Virus record (IMG/VR): IMGVR_UViG_3300005541_000007 | Span: 1-64,000 of that record | DNA: 64,000 nucleotides | Source of the DNA: a virus | Reading direction: 5' to 3' (one strand) | In this document: one piece after another, positions 37,804 to 47,178 of the stretch | Layout: every line of letters starts with the position of its first letter | Position numbering within the stretch: the first letter of the stretch is position 1 | The notes under the pieces: model-generated | The model's input: the letters and a program-made list of their open reading frames with translations, nothing else | Told to the model about the DNA's origin: nothing | The model's database searches: none | Position numbers and translations under genes: made by a program

Positions 37804-39486
37804 ATGGATAACAAAGAACCCACTATCGTCGTTGAGGAAATGTTGGCTGCGATTGCAAAAGACAAGAGTCTTTCAGTTGAAGATGTTAAAGCACGTCTTT
37901 CTGATGCTGTTAATAAAGGACAGTCTCATGAAACCCAAGTTAAACTTTATAATGAACTAAATGAAGCTGTTCAGCGTCTTACTGAAGTTTCAGTTTCCCT
38001 TGCCGAAGATAAGGTAAAGAAACTTGATGCTGAAGCATTTGAGGAAGCTGCTAAGGATCGACTTTTTGAGGTTTATAAGAATCTTCCTGACACCGATCCT
38101 CAGAAGATGCTTATTAAGTCAACTTTCCAGGTTAATAACAATCTTTCTAATTCTGATACCGATCTAATTCTTGACGGTACTGCTTATGAAAAGGCAATGA
38201 AAGCGCCAATTTATAAGACTAATGATAGGTATGATGAACTAACGGATGCACGAAAGGCTAATGACCTTCTAGCACTTTATGTTGCGGGTAAGGGCGGTGT
38301 AGAGGAAGCACTAGAAGATGATTCTCCCTATGCACGACTTAAACCGGCAACACTTAAATATTGTTATGATCGTCTTGTTAAGGAGCAAATCCCAGGAATT
38401 GAATTTCTTGAAAAGGGCGTTAATGGTGCTATGGACACGCTCGTCAGTGGTCAGGGTCTAGAATGGGTACCTGCACAGATTCTTAGCCGTAATCTTTACG
38501 AAGATATTTGGCTTCAACTTCTAGTTGCTGGTAATTTCCAACGATTTATTGCTACAGGTCCAACCTTTAGCTATCCGATCCGAACTGCCCGAACTCGCGG
38601 TTATTGTATGAACCAAGCAACTGCGGTTACTGATTTCTTCAATCAGTCAGTTGGTTCTAAGGTTATTCCTTCATACATGGGTACAAACCTAATTAAGTTT
38701 GTTGCACAGAAGTATGGAGTTGTGACTTACCTATCTGATGAACTTGAACAGGATGCGGTTTTCCCGATTCTTCAAGCAATCTATGGTGATCTTGCTTACG
38801 GTGCTGCTGATGGTATTGAAGATGCCGTTCTAAATGGTTCTTCAACTGCTGCACTTAATGATCTTGATAATCAGGATACAGATACTAACCGACTTTGGGC
38901 TAATACACTTGACCAGGGCGACGGTATCCGACTCAACACTAAGACTTCTGATGCTAGATTCCTTTGGAATGGTATTCGACAAGCTATTCTTACTCTTGGT
39001 ACTGAAGCAACTATTCCGAAGTTTAATGCTTCTGGTACTCTTTCTCGTGCAAACTTCCTTTCAACTCGTGCATTGATGCTCAAATATGGTGTTGATCCTA
39101 CTCAACTCTTTACGATTACAGGCCCGCAAAGCTATGCAACAATGCTCGGATTTACTGAAGTTGCTACAATGGAAAAATATGCTGCAAATGCTACCGTTCT
39201 TCGCGGTGAACTTGCTCGTATGGATAATATCCCAATTATTGTCTCTCCACGTATGTATGAGAATCTTAATGCTAGTGGTGTCTTTGATAACGTTACCACA
39301 ACCAAGAAGTGTTCACTCTACGTGCATAAGGATGCTTATGCCTTTGCTGACAGAATGACACTAAAGGTTGAATCAGAAAGACAGATTCTTTCTCAGCAAC
39401 GAGCAGTGGTTGCTTCTATGCGATTCAGTTTTAATAAGATGTTCCTTACTACTGAACCGACTGAAGCACTAATCTACAACTATTAA
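37804..39486 (+). CDS. Major capsid protein (HK97 fold, N-terminal coiled-coil delta-like domain)
   Basis: Position after protease; G.EWVP..LS, KYGV..YLSDELEQD, IEDAVLNG and DNIPIIVS motifs; SD and terminator. Confidence 0.9.
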   Translation: MDNKEPTIVVEEMLAAIAKDKSLSVEDVKARLSDAVNKGQSHETQVKLYNELNEAVQRLTEVSVSLAEDKVKKLDAEAFEEAAKDRLFEVYKNLPDTDPQKMLIKSTFQVNNNLSNSDTDLILDGTAYEKAMKAPIYKTNDRYDELTDARKANDLLALYVAGKGGVEEALEDDSPYARLKPATLKYCYDRLVKEQIPGIEFLEKGVNGAMDTLVSGQGLEWVPAQILSRNLYEDIWLQLLVAGNFQRFIATGPTFSYPIRTARTRGYCMNQATAVTDFFNQSVGSKVIPSYMGTNLIKFVAQKYGVVTYLSDELEQDAVFPILQAIYGDLAYGAADGIEDAVLNGSSTAALNDLDNQDTDTNRLWANTLDQGDGIRLNTKTSDARFLWNGIRQAILTLGTEATIPKFNASGTLSRANFLSTRALMLKYGVDPTQLFTITGPQSYATMLGFTEVATMEKYAANATVLRGELARMDNIPIIVSPRMYENLNASGVFDNVTTTKKCSLYVHKDAYAFADRMTLKVESERQILSQQRAVVASMRFSFNKMFLTTEPTEALIYNY

Positions 39487-39506
39487 TACTTAGTTTAGAA
39501 GTTAAG

Positions 39507-39545
39507 AGGAATGCAGATAAAAATTTGCATTCCTTCTTTCTTTTA
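39507..39545 (+). terminator. Rho-independent terminator after MCP
   Basis: AGGAATGCAGA/TTTGCATTCCT stem followed by a T-rich tract. Confidence 0.8.
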
Positions 39546-39571
39546 TGCTATACTCTCAAGAAGGAATAACT

Positions 39572-40030
39572 ATGGCAGCAACACCTAAATTTAAAGCTAT
39601 TAAAAATGTTTCTAAAAAGAATGAAACTATGACTTGTAAATGTGTTTATAATCTTAAATCACATCAGTATGTAATTACTAAAACTGAAGATGCTAATGAT
39701 CTACTTAGAGATTTTCCTCATTTTCTTGTAGAGTTTGGAAAGCCGGGGTGGGCTGATGAAGTTATGAAAGGTGGAACTCTTGAACTTGGTAATCCCTACT
39801 ATGATCCTGAAGACCCTGAACCGTGGGATGATGAAGTTACTGAAGTGCCAGTTTCACCTATTGAAATTGTAGGAGAAAAGGAAATAGATAATTCTGATTA
39901 TGCACATACTAAGTTAGAAGATATTCCCACAACTCCGCTTGCAGACTATACAAATATTGCAATAGCGCAACCGGTACAAGAACCCGCTACAGAGTATTCT
40001 GGTGTAGGAATAGAAACACCAACGGAGTAG
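39572..40030 (+). CDS. Hypothetical head-associated protein
   Basis: AAGGA SD before ATG 39572; acidic C-terminus. Confidence 0.65.
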   Translation: MAATPKFKAIKNVSKKNETMTCKCVYNLKSHQYVITKTEDANDLLRDFPHFLVEFGKPGWADEVMKGGTLELGNPYYDPEDPEPWDDEVTEVPVSPIEIVGEKEIDNSDYAHTKLEDIPTTPLADYTNIAIAQPVQEPATEYSGVGIETPTE

Positions 40031-40033
40031 TAG

Positions 40034-40963
40034 TTGAGCGATACACTCAAAGGATATGCGTCTGCAACACAAGTAGCTAATTTTATGGGGATAGTCCCAA
40101 ATACAGCTAACTTAGCGCAAATAACAACATATCTTGGAGTAGCAGAAGAATTAGTAGAAAATTATTGTCAAACAACTTTCTTACAAGAAATTGGCGGTAA
40201 TACTTCCGATCTAGCATCAACTCAAGCTTCTGGTTGGTTAGTAGTAACATCAGCAACTTATACATTTCAACCAACAGATGTAGGACAATTTATTCGTATT
40301 GTATCAGGAACTAATTTTACTCCTGGGGTATATTTAATTGCTTCTGTAGCAGGAGGAAATGCAACACTTTCAACTGCGTGTGGAACTACTGGAAATGCAT
40401 CATCCGGTACATGGCATGAAAGTGTAAATAAGATTTTTAGTGGACATGGAAATACTACAATTTTCCCAGGTTTATATATTCAAGATGTACTTGCTATGAA
40501 TCTTCTTGATATTGATGGAGTATCAGTAATCTATACTTATATTATGAATACTGATATAACACTTAAACCAGATACACCATTAAAGATTGCAAGTACACCA
40601 GTTTATAGATGGATTGAAAGAAAATATTATAGCGGTGGAAGTTTTGGACAACAAGGCGGCGATCAATCAGGAGTAACACCGTATTCTGTAACTCCTATCT
40701 TTATTCAAGGTTCGCAAAATATTCAAGTATTTGGAGTGTGGGGATTACCACAAATTCCTGATACCATTGTTTACGCCATATGCGCCACTGTACAGAATAT
40801 GTTTAGGGCCATAGGAATTAATCCATTTATTAAATCAGAGGGCGCATACGGGCGTTCTGTGGTCTTTAATGATACAAATGATTTTGAAATGATTCCTCCA
40901 ATGGCTCAAAGACTCTTGGACCCTTGGGTGAACAAAGCGATCTTCAACACCGATGGATTTTAA
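40034..40963 (+). CDS. Head-tail adaptor (gp6/gp15-like) with inserted module
   Basis: YAS..QV..F..AEELVENYCQTTF...G.WG..IPDTIVYA...SE..YGRSV...LLDPW; ~70-aa insert at 40202-40420. Confidence 0.75.
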   Translation: MSDTLKGYASATQVANFMGIVPNTANLAQITTYLGVAEELVENYCQTTFLQEIGGNTSDLASTQASGWLVVTSATYTFQPTDVGQFIRIVSGTNFTPGVYLIASVAGGNATLSTACGTTGNASSGTWHESVNKIFSGHGNTTIFPGLYIQDVLAMNLLDIDGVSVIYTYIMNTDITLKPDTPLKIASTPVYRWIERKYYSGGSFGQQGGDQSGVTPYSVTPIFIQGSQNIQVFGVWGLPQIPDTIVYAICATVQNMFRAIGINPFIKSEGAYGRSVVFNDTNDFEMIPPMAQRLLDPWVNKAIFNTDGF

Positions 40964-40965
40964 AA

Positions 40966-41007
40966 ATGTCTGCTACACCTATTTTAACTTCATCAGGTTG
41001 GTTTTAG
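40966..41007 (+). pseudogene. Orphaned original 5' end (MSATPILTSSGWF*) of the 42097 gene
   Basis: 13-codon ORF matching MITPLLSTSSSWF at 42097; joins in frame to ENVTF if 41005-42135 is removed. Confidence 0.75.
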
Positions 41008-42135
41008 TATGATTAATTATCAACTTAAATTAAAACTTACTAAATATCAGGAACAACAATTAGAATCCTGGTTACCAATACTTACCTCTATTTGGAATTG
41101 GACTATAAGAAAAATTGAATTAGATGCTAAAGATAATATATATTATAATAGTAAATTTGATTTTGTAAATTTATTAGTAAATCATAGTGAAAAATTAGGA
41201 GTATCTAGTCATACTATGATGTGTACTACTATGACTGCATATAATTTATACCAACAATATATAAAGAAAAAATGTGGTAAACCTAAATTTAAAGGACAAA
41301 GAAATAAACTTAATAGTATTCTATTTCCAGATATTATTAAACAACCACAAAATAATAAAATACAATTACGAGTAATAGGTAAAATTAAGTATCATAAACA
41401 ACAAATACCTGAAGGTAATATTAAATGTGTAAGAATTATTAAAAAAGTAAGTGGTTGGTATGCAGTATTAACTATAGATACTAAACCTAAAAAAATATCT
41501 ATTATTAGTAATAATAAAGTAGGAATTGACCCAGGATTTAAACATTTACTTACACTATCTAATGGTGATAAAATTGAACATCCTCGTGAATTTGAAATTA
41601 ATGCGGAACGATTAGCACAAGCACAACGCGGGCATAATAAGAAACTTGCTGCTATAATTAATGAAAAAATTGCTAATCAACGAAAAAACAGAAATCACAA
41701 ACTCTCTAGAAAATTAGTAAGTGAAAATGAATTAATAGTTTTTAGTAAAGATAATCATAAAAATGTTGCTAAAAAATTTGGTAAATCTGTGTCCTCTTCA
41801 GGACATTATCAACTTCAAAAAATGTTAGAATACAAGTGTCGTACAGACGGTAGGCAATACATAGAAGTTGATTGTAAGTTTTCCACCATGACCTGCTCTA
41901 CCTGTAATGCTCGTACCGGGCCTACAGGTTGGGAAGGCTTGAAGGTAAGGAATTGGGAGTGTACAGAGTGTGGAACTTTACATGATAGAGACATAAATGC
42001 CGCTATCAATACGCTTAATTCCGGGCTTGGAATAAGCCACGAGAATACCGTGAAAACGGAAATACAGAAAACTAGTAATGAATGGGGTAATATTTAATGA
42101 TTACACCACTATTATCAACTAGTAGTTCATGGTTT
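41005..42135 (+). mobile_element. Transposase-less tnpB/omegaRNA cassette (IS200/IS605-derived)
   Basis: TGGTTT at both junctions; only tnpB inside; 3' hairpins ending TAGTTCAT resemble IS605 right ends. Confidence 0.7.
41009..42097 (+). CDS. tnpB: TnpB-family RNA-guided nuclease (RuvC-II Glu not at canonical position)
   Basis: N-terminal helical/WED region, KPKFK, GIDPG (RuvC-I), STMTCSTC..WECTECG Zn finger, HDRDINAA (RuvC-III). Confidence 0.92.
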   Translation: MINYQLKLKLTKYQEQQLESWLPILTSIWNWTIRKIELDAKDNIYYNSKFDFVNLLVNHSEKLGVSSHTMMCTTMTAYNLYQQYIKKKCGKPKFKGQRNKLNSILFPDIIKQPQNNKIQLRVIGKIKYHKQQIPEGNIKCVRIIKKVSGWYAVLTIDTKPKKISIISNNKVGIDPGFKHLLTLSNGDKIEHPREFEINAERLAQAQRGHNKKLAAIINEKIANQRKNRNHKLSRKLVSENELIVFSKDNHKNVAKKFGKSVSSSGHYQLQKMLEYKCRTDGRQYIEVDCKFSTMTCSTCNARTGPTGWEGLKVRNWECTECGTLHDRDINAAINTLNSGLGISHENTVKTEIQKTSNEWGNI

Positions 42136-42146
42136 GAAAATGTCAC
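42022..42146 (+). ncRNA. Predicted omegaRNA 3' part plus guide
   Basis: Hairpins GGCTT/AAGCC and CCGT-GAAA-ACGG, long stem 42071-42123, then AGTTCAT and putative guide GGTTTGAAAATGTCAC; 5' end not determinable. Confidence 0.55.
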
Positions 42147-42528
42147 TTTTAATGTAATAGATTTAGTGTACCAAGTTTTAGATATGCACAGTGTTCCGAG
42201 TAATACAGTTGTATACTCAGGGTTAGTAGGACATTTACAAAATGCACAATTTAGTAAAGAAGGGCAAGCAGATAAAGAAAGAAATAGAACTTCACCGTGG
42301 ATATTAACAGTAACTACTCAATATGATTTACAAATGGGACAATTTATAGTAATTACAAGTGTTAAGAATGCTTATGGTATGTGGATTGCTAGTACCCAAC
42401 CTTACGAACAATTCAAAGTAGATTTCCTCAACGCGTCATTTAGTAATTCAAACGAGAAAATTCTTAGATTATCGCGTAGGGATGCTGTGGCGAATACTAG
42501 TAACACTGCTGATGGAGTAATAAATTAA
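42097..42528 (+). CDS. Putative head-closure/head-completion protein
   Basis: Synteny between adaptor and neck/terminator genes; TAATG-coupled to tnpB. Confidence 0.55.
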   Translation: MITPLLSTSSSWFENVTFNVIDLVYQVLDMHSVPSNTVVYSGLVGHLQNAQFSKEGQADKERNRTSPWILTVTTQYDLQMGQFIVITSVKNAYGMWIASTQPYEQFKVDFLNASFSNSNEKILRLSRRDAVANTSNTADGVIN

Positions 42529-43067
42529 TGAGTGTAGCATCCCACTTATCACAAGAACTAATTTATGTAGACATAAATATACCTAAACTTACACAACAAA
42601 TTAAAGAAGTTTTAGATGAACGATCTGCTACACATCATTCTATTCAAGATTTAAAACTCAAAGTTTTAGAGGCGTTCGGTAAGGAGACAAGAAGACGTGC
42701 AAGAATTATTTTATCACAAAGTTCTAGAGGTTCAGCGTATCCTCCTGGTGGTGGAGGAACAGATACTAGATACGGCGGTATTAGACTTTATGACACTATT
42801 ACATGGAAGGTTTATCCTAATCAAAATAGGGTAAGAGTTATGGCGGGTGGAGGAATTCGCCCTGATGCTTTTATGTATAACAAACCGCGTGGAGAATTTA
42901 CTCAAATGAATAATGTAAGTTTCTTTTCATTTAAAATGAATAGACGAGTAAAATATAAACAAGTGCAACGTGAAGGAATTTATTATTTGGGCGGGGCTTT
43001 CAGGGGAGTATTGCGGGACCTCCAAAAAATTGTGGATCGTGTAGTTAGAAAGGAGATTTCAGATTAA
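42528..43067 (+). CDS. Putative neck protein (HK97 gp10-like)
   Basis: Basic, G.LYDTI..; synteny. Confidence 0.5.
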   Translation: MSVASHLSQELIYVDINIPKLTQQIKEVLDERSATHHSIQDLKLKVLEAFGKETRRRARIILSQSSRGSAYPPGGGGTDTRYGGIRLYDTITWKVYPNQNRVRVMAGGGIRPDAFMYNKPRGEFTQMNNVSFFSFKMNRRVKYKQVQREGIYYLGGAFRGVLRDLQKIVDRVVRKEISD

Positions 43068-43089
43068 TATTCCCCATTTAACAAAATGT

Positions 43090-43803
43090 TTGGCATCTAA
43101 TATGTCATTAGCATCTGCTACTAGTTTTACTGAAATAGATTCTCTGACCGTCTCATTGTGGCAGAATCGTGTACTTTATACAGCATCGCCTGTAACACAA
43201 CTTACTACAATTAATCAAGCACAATACTGTATCATAGAATTTACATCGGGTGCTTGTCAAGGCATTCGTTGTGTAATCTATAGTCATGCAGCACAACCTA
43301 CTCAATTTATTTGTGCTGATGATATGAGAGGTTCCCTACAACCGGCACCAGGAGATACTTTTAGAATTTATGGTGGTCCACTTATATCAGGGTTATGTAA
43401 TGTATTTTGGATGCAACAAGATTCATTTCAAAATATTCCAGATAATAACTTTATAATTGTAGTAAGTACAGGTGGAGGAAATATGTTTATTGATCGAATT
43501 AATGCTAATCAATTACAAGGATTAATGGCATTTAGACAACAAGCAGAAATTGAAATAATGGTTCTAGCACCATTTGTTACTGCCGATGCTTCTAGTTTTA
43601 CAAATTATAATGCTGCAATTTTAGATATTTATACATTAGTAGATCAAGTAAGAACATTTACCGCACTATTTAGAATGAGTACAGTTAATAATTTTACTGG
43701 TAAAGGGCCGATTAAATGGGATTATTTTTGGTCAGTACAGGAAGATGGTTCACTAGCAAGACAAGGATGCACAATTACATTTACCTGTGAGTCTGCGTCA
43801 TAA
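43090..43803 (+). CDS. Putative tail terminator with extra N-terminal domain
   Basis: Synteny before tail tube; N-terminal FTSGA.QG...PAPGDTFRI domain. Confidence 0.5.
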   Translation: MASNMSLASATSFTEIDSLTVSLWQNRVLYTASPVTQLTTINQAQYCIIEFTSGACQGIRCVIYSHAAQPTQFICADDMRGSLQPAPGDTFRIYGGPLISGLCNVFWMQQDSFQNIPDNNFIIVVSTGGGNMFIDRINANQLQGLMAFRQQAEIEIMVLAPFVTADASSFTNYNAAILDIYTLVDQVRTFTALFRMSTVNNFTGKGPIKWDYFWSVQEDGSLARQGCTITFTCESAS

Positions 43804-43841
43804 TCTTTTTCTACAGTAAATTATTCAAGTATAATGTATAA

Positions 43842-44138
43842 ATGCAACCAAAATGGGTGTTAGAATATGTCGCATCAGAAGGCACTATTCTTCATAAACC
43901 TTTAAGCGATGGTCAGTGTTTATTTCAAAAAGGACAACCATTTACCGTAACCAATTTTGAAGATTATAGACGACTTGTAAATACTCACCGTGGAGAATTT
44001 GTAGAAATTAGTAATAATCTAGATGAAATTATTCCTAAAGAAGAAAATGTTACAGAACCTACAGCAGAACCTATTGGTTATCCAATAACAAAACCCAAAG
44101 CAGAACCCACATTAGAATTAAATAAGGAAGATAAATAA
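43842..44138 (+). CDS. Hypothetical protein
   Basis: TATAAT 6 nt before ATG; TAATG-coupled to the next gene. Confidence 0.65.
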   Translation: MQPKWVLEYVASEGTILHKPLSDGQCLFQKGQPFTVTNFEDYRRLVNTHRGEFVEISNNLDEIIPKEENVTEPTAEPIGYPITKPKAEPTLELNKEDK

Positions 44139-47116
44139 TGCCAAAAACTAGAGTCTTATATCCCACAGCACTATCAGGAACTAATGATGGCACTACTTTT
44201 ACAGCTAATGGTGCCACAATGGTTCTTGGTTATTCTGTTAATAGTGTAGCAAATGGTGTACAAGCTAATCTTAGATTTGATACTCACTTAGTTGGTTGTG
44301 TTTATGATGGTACTGATCTTGCTTCTGTATCTCCTTGGACTACGGTAACATCTGCTTCTTATCAATTCCAAACTACAGACATTGGATCAACGCTTTATAT
44401 TCAAACTGCCGGTACAAACTTTACTGTAGGTAAATATACAATTACGGCTGTTTCAGCTAATGGTGCGGCTACATTAAATGCCGCTTGTGGATCAACCGGT
44501 GCTGCATCAGGCGCTACTTGGTTCTTAGGACCATTTAATACTCAACATGTAGTTGCTACTCAATTTCTTTCTACAGTTACCGCTGTTGGCGCTTCTGGTA
44601 CACCGCATACTACTGATTTAACTGCCGCTACTGCTACTACAACTCCAGTTGTTTCTTCCATTTCATATACATTCTTAGCTACTGATGTTGGCAATACAAT
44701 TACAATTACCGCAGGAACTAACTGGCTTACAGGAACTTATACAATTGTTTCTGTTGCTGGTGGAAATGCTACATTAAATAAGGCTTGTGGTAGTTCCGCA
44801 ACACTTACTGCCGGTACATGGTATGAAGGAACTCTCGCTGGAGCTAATCACCCATTTGCATTATGGGGAGCTAATTATCGAAGTGCATTAGGAATTGGAG
44901 AATATAATGTTTCTGCCAATAATCTTCAAACAGAATATCGTCAGCAAATTACACCGACTACTCTTCCATTAATTCCATCATTTACTACAGCTACTTTTGC
45001 TGCTGCTGGCGGTTCACCTTACGCTGCTGTTTATGTTGTTCCTTCTAGATTCTTAAATGCTGGTGTTCCTGGTGATGCTAATATTTTCCCTGCAACTTTT
45101 GCTGGGGTTGACCTAGCTTCTTCAAATGGTACAAATGCTGCCCCATCAGTAACTTCCGCTTCACATACATTTACTCAAAGTGATGTTGGGCAACCGCTAA
45201 ATATCTTAGCAGGAACTAACTGGACTACAGGAATATTTACTATTGTTTCTGTTGCTGGGGGTGCTGCTACATTAGACAGAGCGTGCGGAAGTTCTGCCTC
45301 CATTTCTGCGGGTATTTGGTATGAAGGTGGAACTTGTGACCTAGAAATTAGATTACTCGCTTCAGGAACGGTTACACAGACCGGTGATACGGTTACTGTA
45401 CAAGGCCCCGCAAGCGTAGGAACTTATGCGTCAGGAATTTATTCAGGACAAACAGAAAAACCAACTCTAACAGTAGTTTCAATTTCACCCACCGAAATGT
45501 CTTCAGGACAATCTCCTTATCGAAAGGTTGCAATTGGCGCTGAAAGTTATTTTGCATATGATATTGAACCCGTAGAAGGATACGCTGTTGTAGGACAAAA
45601 TATTCTTGATGTAGATTCAATTGGACTAACGCAGCAAGCAGCTAATCTTTTTGGTGCAGCACTATCTAATGAACGTGCTAGACCTCGTAAGGTAGCTATT
45701 GGAAGAACCGGTTCTGGTGGAAATATTTCATTTGAACTTACTCCCGAAAAATGGACTAAACTTCTTACTGGATTGATGAAGATTGTTTCAATTCTTGATT
45801 CTAACGGTAATGAACTTGGAAATGCAACCATCTTCAATGGTCCTGTTAGTGGAACTGATCTTACTTCAACTAATGCAACTAGTCTTAATCCGGTAGTTAC
45901 ATCAGCTAGTAGAAACTTTGGAATTACTGATTTAGATCAAACTATTGTTGTTACTGCCGGTACAAACTGGACTACAGGAACTTATACGGTAGTTGGAGTA
46001 TTTGGAGCAGGAGCAGCAGGAGCGCCGCTTAATGGAGCAGTCCTAAACAAAGCCTGTGGTTCAGCCGCATCTATTTCTGGTGGAACTTGGGTAGAAAGTG
46101 GTCCTGCACCAACTACAGCTAATACTACAATTGCACTTGCTACAGTTACCTCCAATATTACAACTTTTTCAAGTACAGGACCGTATACATATCAATTTAG
46201 AACTTGTCAATCTAGTCAAGTAAACTCATTTACAGGAATTGTAAAGAAAGGATCATTCCGAAAGGTTTATCCAGGTCTTAAAGTTTCTTCAATGTCATTT
46301 TCTGTTGGACTAGATAATCTTGTAAGAGCTACAGTAGATTTTGCAGGACTTGATGAATTTACCTACGATCAAACATCATTCGGACTCTCAGGTGATGAAA
46401 TTGTACTTTCAACGAGTGCAGGATATGATACTATTACAAATAGTGTTTGGTCCTATGTTGATGGTGTTTGTGCCCTCGGCTCCATGACTGATAGTTATAC
46501 ACAAGCTACTACAATTAATCTTTCTAATGATCTTAGAGAACGAAGAGGATTAAACGGTAAGCGTGGTCCTGTTAGTCATTATGCACAAGGATTTAGTGCA
46601 AGTACAAACCTTACACTCTATTCTGAGACAGAACAACATCTTAGAAAATTTCTTGGTGTACAATATCAAGGATTTCCATTTAAACCAGGAAAGGTTATTA
46701 ACTTTGATGCTTATTCATTAACTTTTGGTAGGCAAGATATTTCTGATCTTCTTCAGTTCTATATGCCAAAGACAATGTTTGTTACTCTTGCTGATCCTAT
46801 TCAGGGCGAAGATGTAATTATGTTGTCTGGTGATATGATTGGAATTTATGATTATCAAAACTGGAACTCTAATATTGTAGTTACACTTACAACCAGCGAA
46901 GTGCCATCAGCGTTCTTCCCATCTACTAATTATATTACGGTCTATCCTCCTGATACTACAGGTATTCAAACGCAGGGTAACCTTAATTATCTTCCTGTTA
47001 ATCCAACTAGTCCTATCATTGATCCTTATGCTCCCGGTGGTGCTGGTGGTGGGGGTGCAGGTAGTGGTTCTAGCGGTACTGCTGGCGGTGGTTCTGGTAT
47101 TGGACCTTCTGGATAA
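44138..47116 (+). CDS. Major tail tube protein, unusually large with four inserted modules
   Basis: C-terminal half has tube-like motifs (VAIGAES, GGNISFEL, SFT..YPGLKVSSMSFS..ATVDFAG); precedes chaperone and TMP; terminator follows. Confidence 0.75.
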   Translation: MPKTRVLYPTALSGTNDGTTFTANGATMVLGYSVNSVANGVQANLRFDTHLVGCVYDGTDLASVSPWTTVTSASYQFQTTDIGSTLYIQTAGTNFTVGKYTITAVSANGAATLNAACGSTGAASGATWFLGPFNTQHVVATQFLSTVTAVGASGTPHTTDLTAATATTTPVVSSISYTFLATDVGNTITITAGTNWLTGTYTIVSVAGGNATLNKACGSSATLTAGTWYEGTLAGANHPFALWGANYRSALGIGEYNVSANNLQTEYRQQITPTTLPLIPSFTTATFAAAGGSPYAAVYVVPSRFLNAGVPGDANIFPATFAGVDLASSNGTNAAPSVTSASHTFTQSDVGQPLNILAGTNWTTGIFTIVSVAGGAATLDRACGSSASISAGIWYEGGTCDLEIRLLASGTVTQTGDTVTVQGPASVGTYASGIYSGQTEKPTLTVVSISPTEMSSGQSPYRKVAIGAESYFAYDIEPVEGYAVVGQNILDVDSIGLTQQAANLFGAALSNERARPRKVAIGRTGSGGNISFELTPEKWTKLLTGLMKIVSILDSNGNELGNATIFNGPVSGTDLTSTNATSLNPVVTSASRNFGITDLDQTIVVTAGTNWTTGTYTVVGVFGAGAAGAPLNGAVLNKACGSAASISGGTWVESGPAPTTANTTIALATVTSNITTFSSTGPYTYQFRTCQSSQVNSFTGIVKKGSFRKVYPGLKVSSMSFSVGLDNLVRATVDFAGLDEFTYDQTSFGLSGDEIVLSTSAGYDTITNSVWSYVDGVCALGSMTDSYTQATTINLSNDLRERRGLNGKRGPVSHYAQGFSASTNLTLYSETEQHLRKFLGVQYQGFPFKPGKVINFDAYSLTFGRQDISDLLQFYMPKTMFVTLADPIQGEDVIMLSGDMIGIYDYQNWNSNIVVTLTTSEVPSAFFPSTNYITVYPPDTTGIQTQGNLNYLPVNPTSPIIDPYAPGGAGGGGAGSGSSGTAGGGSGIGPSG

Positions 47117-47137
47117 ATTTACTTGATTTAAAGTAGT

Positions 47138-47178
47138 AAAATGTGGTATTGTGTAATAAGCAATACCACATTTTTATT
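47138..47178 (+). terminator. Terminator after tail tube gene
   Basis: Perfect 14-bp stem AAAATGTGGTATTG/CAATACCACATTTT plus T-run. Confidence 0.75.

Noticed and set aside
40900-42300. CRISPR array next to the TnpB (Cas12f-like system)
   Set aside because: No repeat-spacer array seen here or elsewhere in the window
44138-47116. Contractile tail sheath interpretation of the 992-aa gene
   Set aside because: Its size is explained by inserted modules plus a tube-like domain; no separate tube or baseplate wedge genes were recognised
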